Assembly: GCA_017398425.1 (NCBI GenBank)
Contig: JAFQFZ010000039.1
Location: 5,006-69,005 of the forward strand
Reading direction: 5' to 3'
DNA length: 64,000 nucleotides
Source: Clostridia bacterium
GTDB taxonomy: Bacteria; Bacillota; Clostridia; Oscillospirales; Acutalibacteraceae
The position numbers and the translations under genes are program-made. Under the pieces are notes generated by a model. That model was not told the origin of the DNA, did not search any database, and saw only the letters and a list, made by a program, of their open reading frames with translations. Shown here one piece after another: positions 63,454 through 64,000 of the stretch. Each line of letters starts with the position of its first letter. Positions within the stretch are counted from its first letter, which is position 1.

Positions 63454-64000
63454 TTACGGTGCGGTGGTGGTTGTGGTGGTCGTCGTGGTGGTTGTCGTGG
63501 TGGTCGTCGTAGTGGGGCGTGTATGAAACGTGCGCGTTGTCTGTGATGTGGGAAAGAGACTCGGTGCACTGTTTGTCGGTTCCGACGGCGTCGTGGACGG
63601 GGTGGTGCTGATGACAGCGGTCGTCGGTACGGTCGGCGACGTGGTCGGCATGGTCGTTACGCGCGCGGTCGTGCGTACAGTCGTGGACGGTACAGTAGGG
63701 CGTGCAGTGGATTCGATTGTCGTCGGTGTCGTCGGCGCGTCGGTGGGACGGACCGCGGCGGTGGTGTGTGCGACCGAGGGGGAAGAGGATGGAGTCGTGC
63801 CGACTGTCGTTTCGGTTACTTCGGTCGTTTGCGACTGCGATGAGGTGGAGGCGGTGGGGACTGCCAAGAGCGTCTGCGGCTCGGGGGACGGCCACGTTGC
63901 CAAAAATGTCCACACAATCAAGGAGAGCGAGGAAGTCAGCAAAAGCGCGTGCCGCACACGGCGTGCCGCGCGACGGCGAGCGACGAGACGCTCTTCGCCT
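63454..64000 (-). CDS. Single-pass membrane protein with a Thr/Pro-rich extracellular tail, N-terminus beyond the window; paralog of the N-terminal part of the 15408-16379 protein
   Basis: The frame stays open to base 64000. The upstream codons read GEERLVARRRAARRVRHALLLTSSLSLIVWTFL. Compare GEERIIHIAKVRRRTRAICGGAVLCGAMALVV in the 15408 gene. The protein ends in a 17-residue poly-Thr run. Confidence 0.6.
   Translation of the reverse strand, partial: GEERLVARRRAARRVRHALLLTSSLSLIVWTFLATWPSPEPQTLLAVPTASTSSQSQTTEVTETTVGTTPSSSPSVAHTTAAVRPTDAPTTPTTIESTARPTVPSTTVRTTARVTTMPTTSPTVPTTAVISTTPSTTPSEPTNSAPSLFPTSQTTRTFHTRPTTTTTTTTTTTTTTTTTAP

Noticed and set aside
63454-63520. Poly-Thr tract as a slipped-strand phase-variation repeat
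   Set aside because: The 17 Thr codons are a heterogeneous mix (ACC, ACG, ACA and ACT equivalents), so there is no perfect short tandem DNA repeat to slip on.

Overview
GC-rich chromosomal segment, by gene content and signals (AGGAGG RBSs, S-box, FMN and glycine riboswitches, comEC-holA, addB, dockerins) a Clostridia-class Firmicute, probably Oscillospiraceae/Ruminococcaceae-like. All calls come from reading the sequence and ORF track; no database search was run. Housekeeping genes: carB-pyrE; pyrC-pyrF-(SGNH esterase)-pyrK-pyrD-ruvX; typA; comEC-holA-toprim-MBL; FMN riboswitch-ribU; SAM riboswitch-metK; gdhA; addB-rmuC; glycine riboswitch-alanine/glycine symporter; tRNA-CAT and tRNA-Trp; a GH31/2-hydroxyacid dehydrogenase/GH36 sugar cluster. 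Among these sit many secreted or surface proteins. Six carry dockerin modules but no glycoside hydrolase domain: C39-like peptidase+SH3, CotH kinase, a 1188-aa modular protein, an N-terminal-dockerin protein, an LRR protein and a duplicated Ig-like protein. The most interesting region is 9.5-17 kb on the minus strand. It holds two ECF sigma modules: one coupled to a PepSY anti-sigma protein and a dockerin-tagged CotH kinase, the other to a single-pass membrane protein whose extracellular domain looks like a cohesin. A paralogous membrane protein followed by a dockerin protein sits at the right window edge. This suggests cohesin-dockerin-coupled ECF signalling or surface display, which is a hypothesis only. 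The second notable region is about 1.1 kb without credible ORFs (26.7-27.8 kb) next to the tRNAs. It contains a hairpin array, tRNA-Trp fragments (an integration scar) and possibly a large structured ncRNA. The many long antisense ORFs are treated as GC-driven shadow frames.
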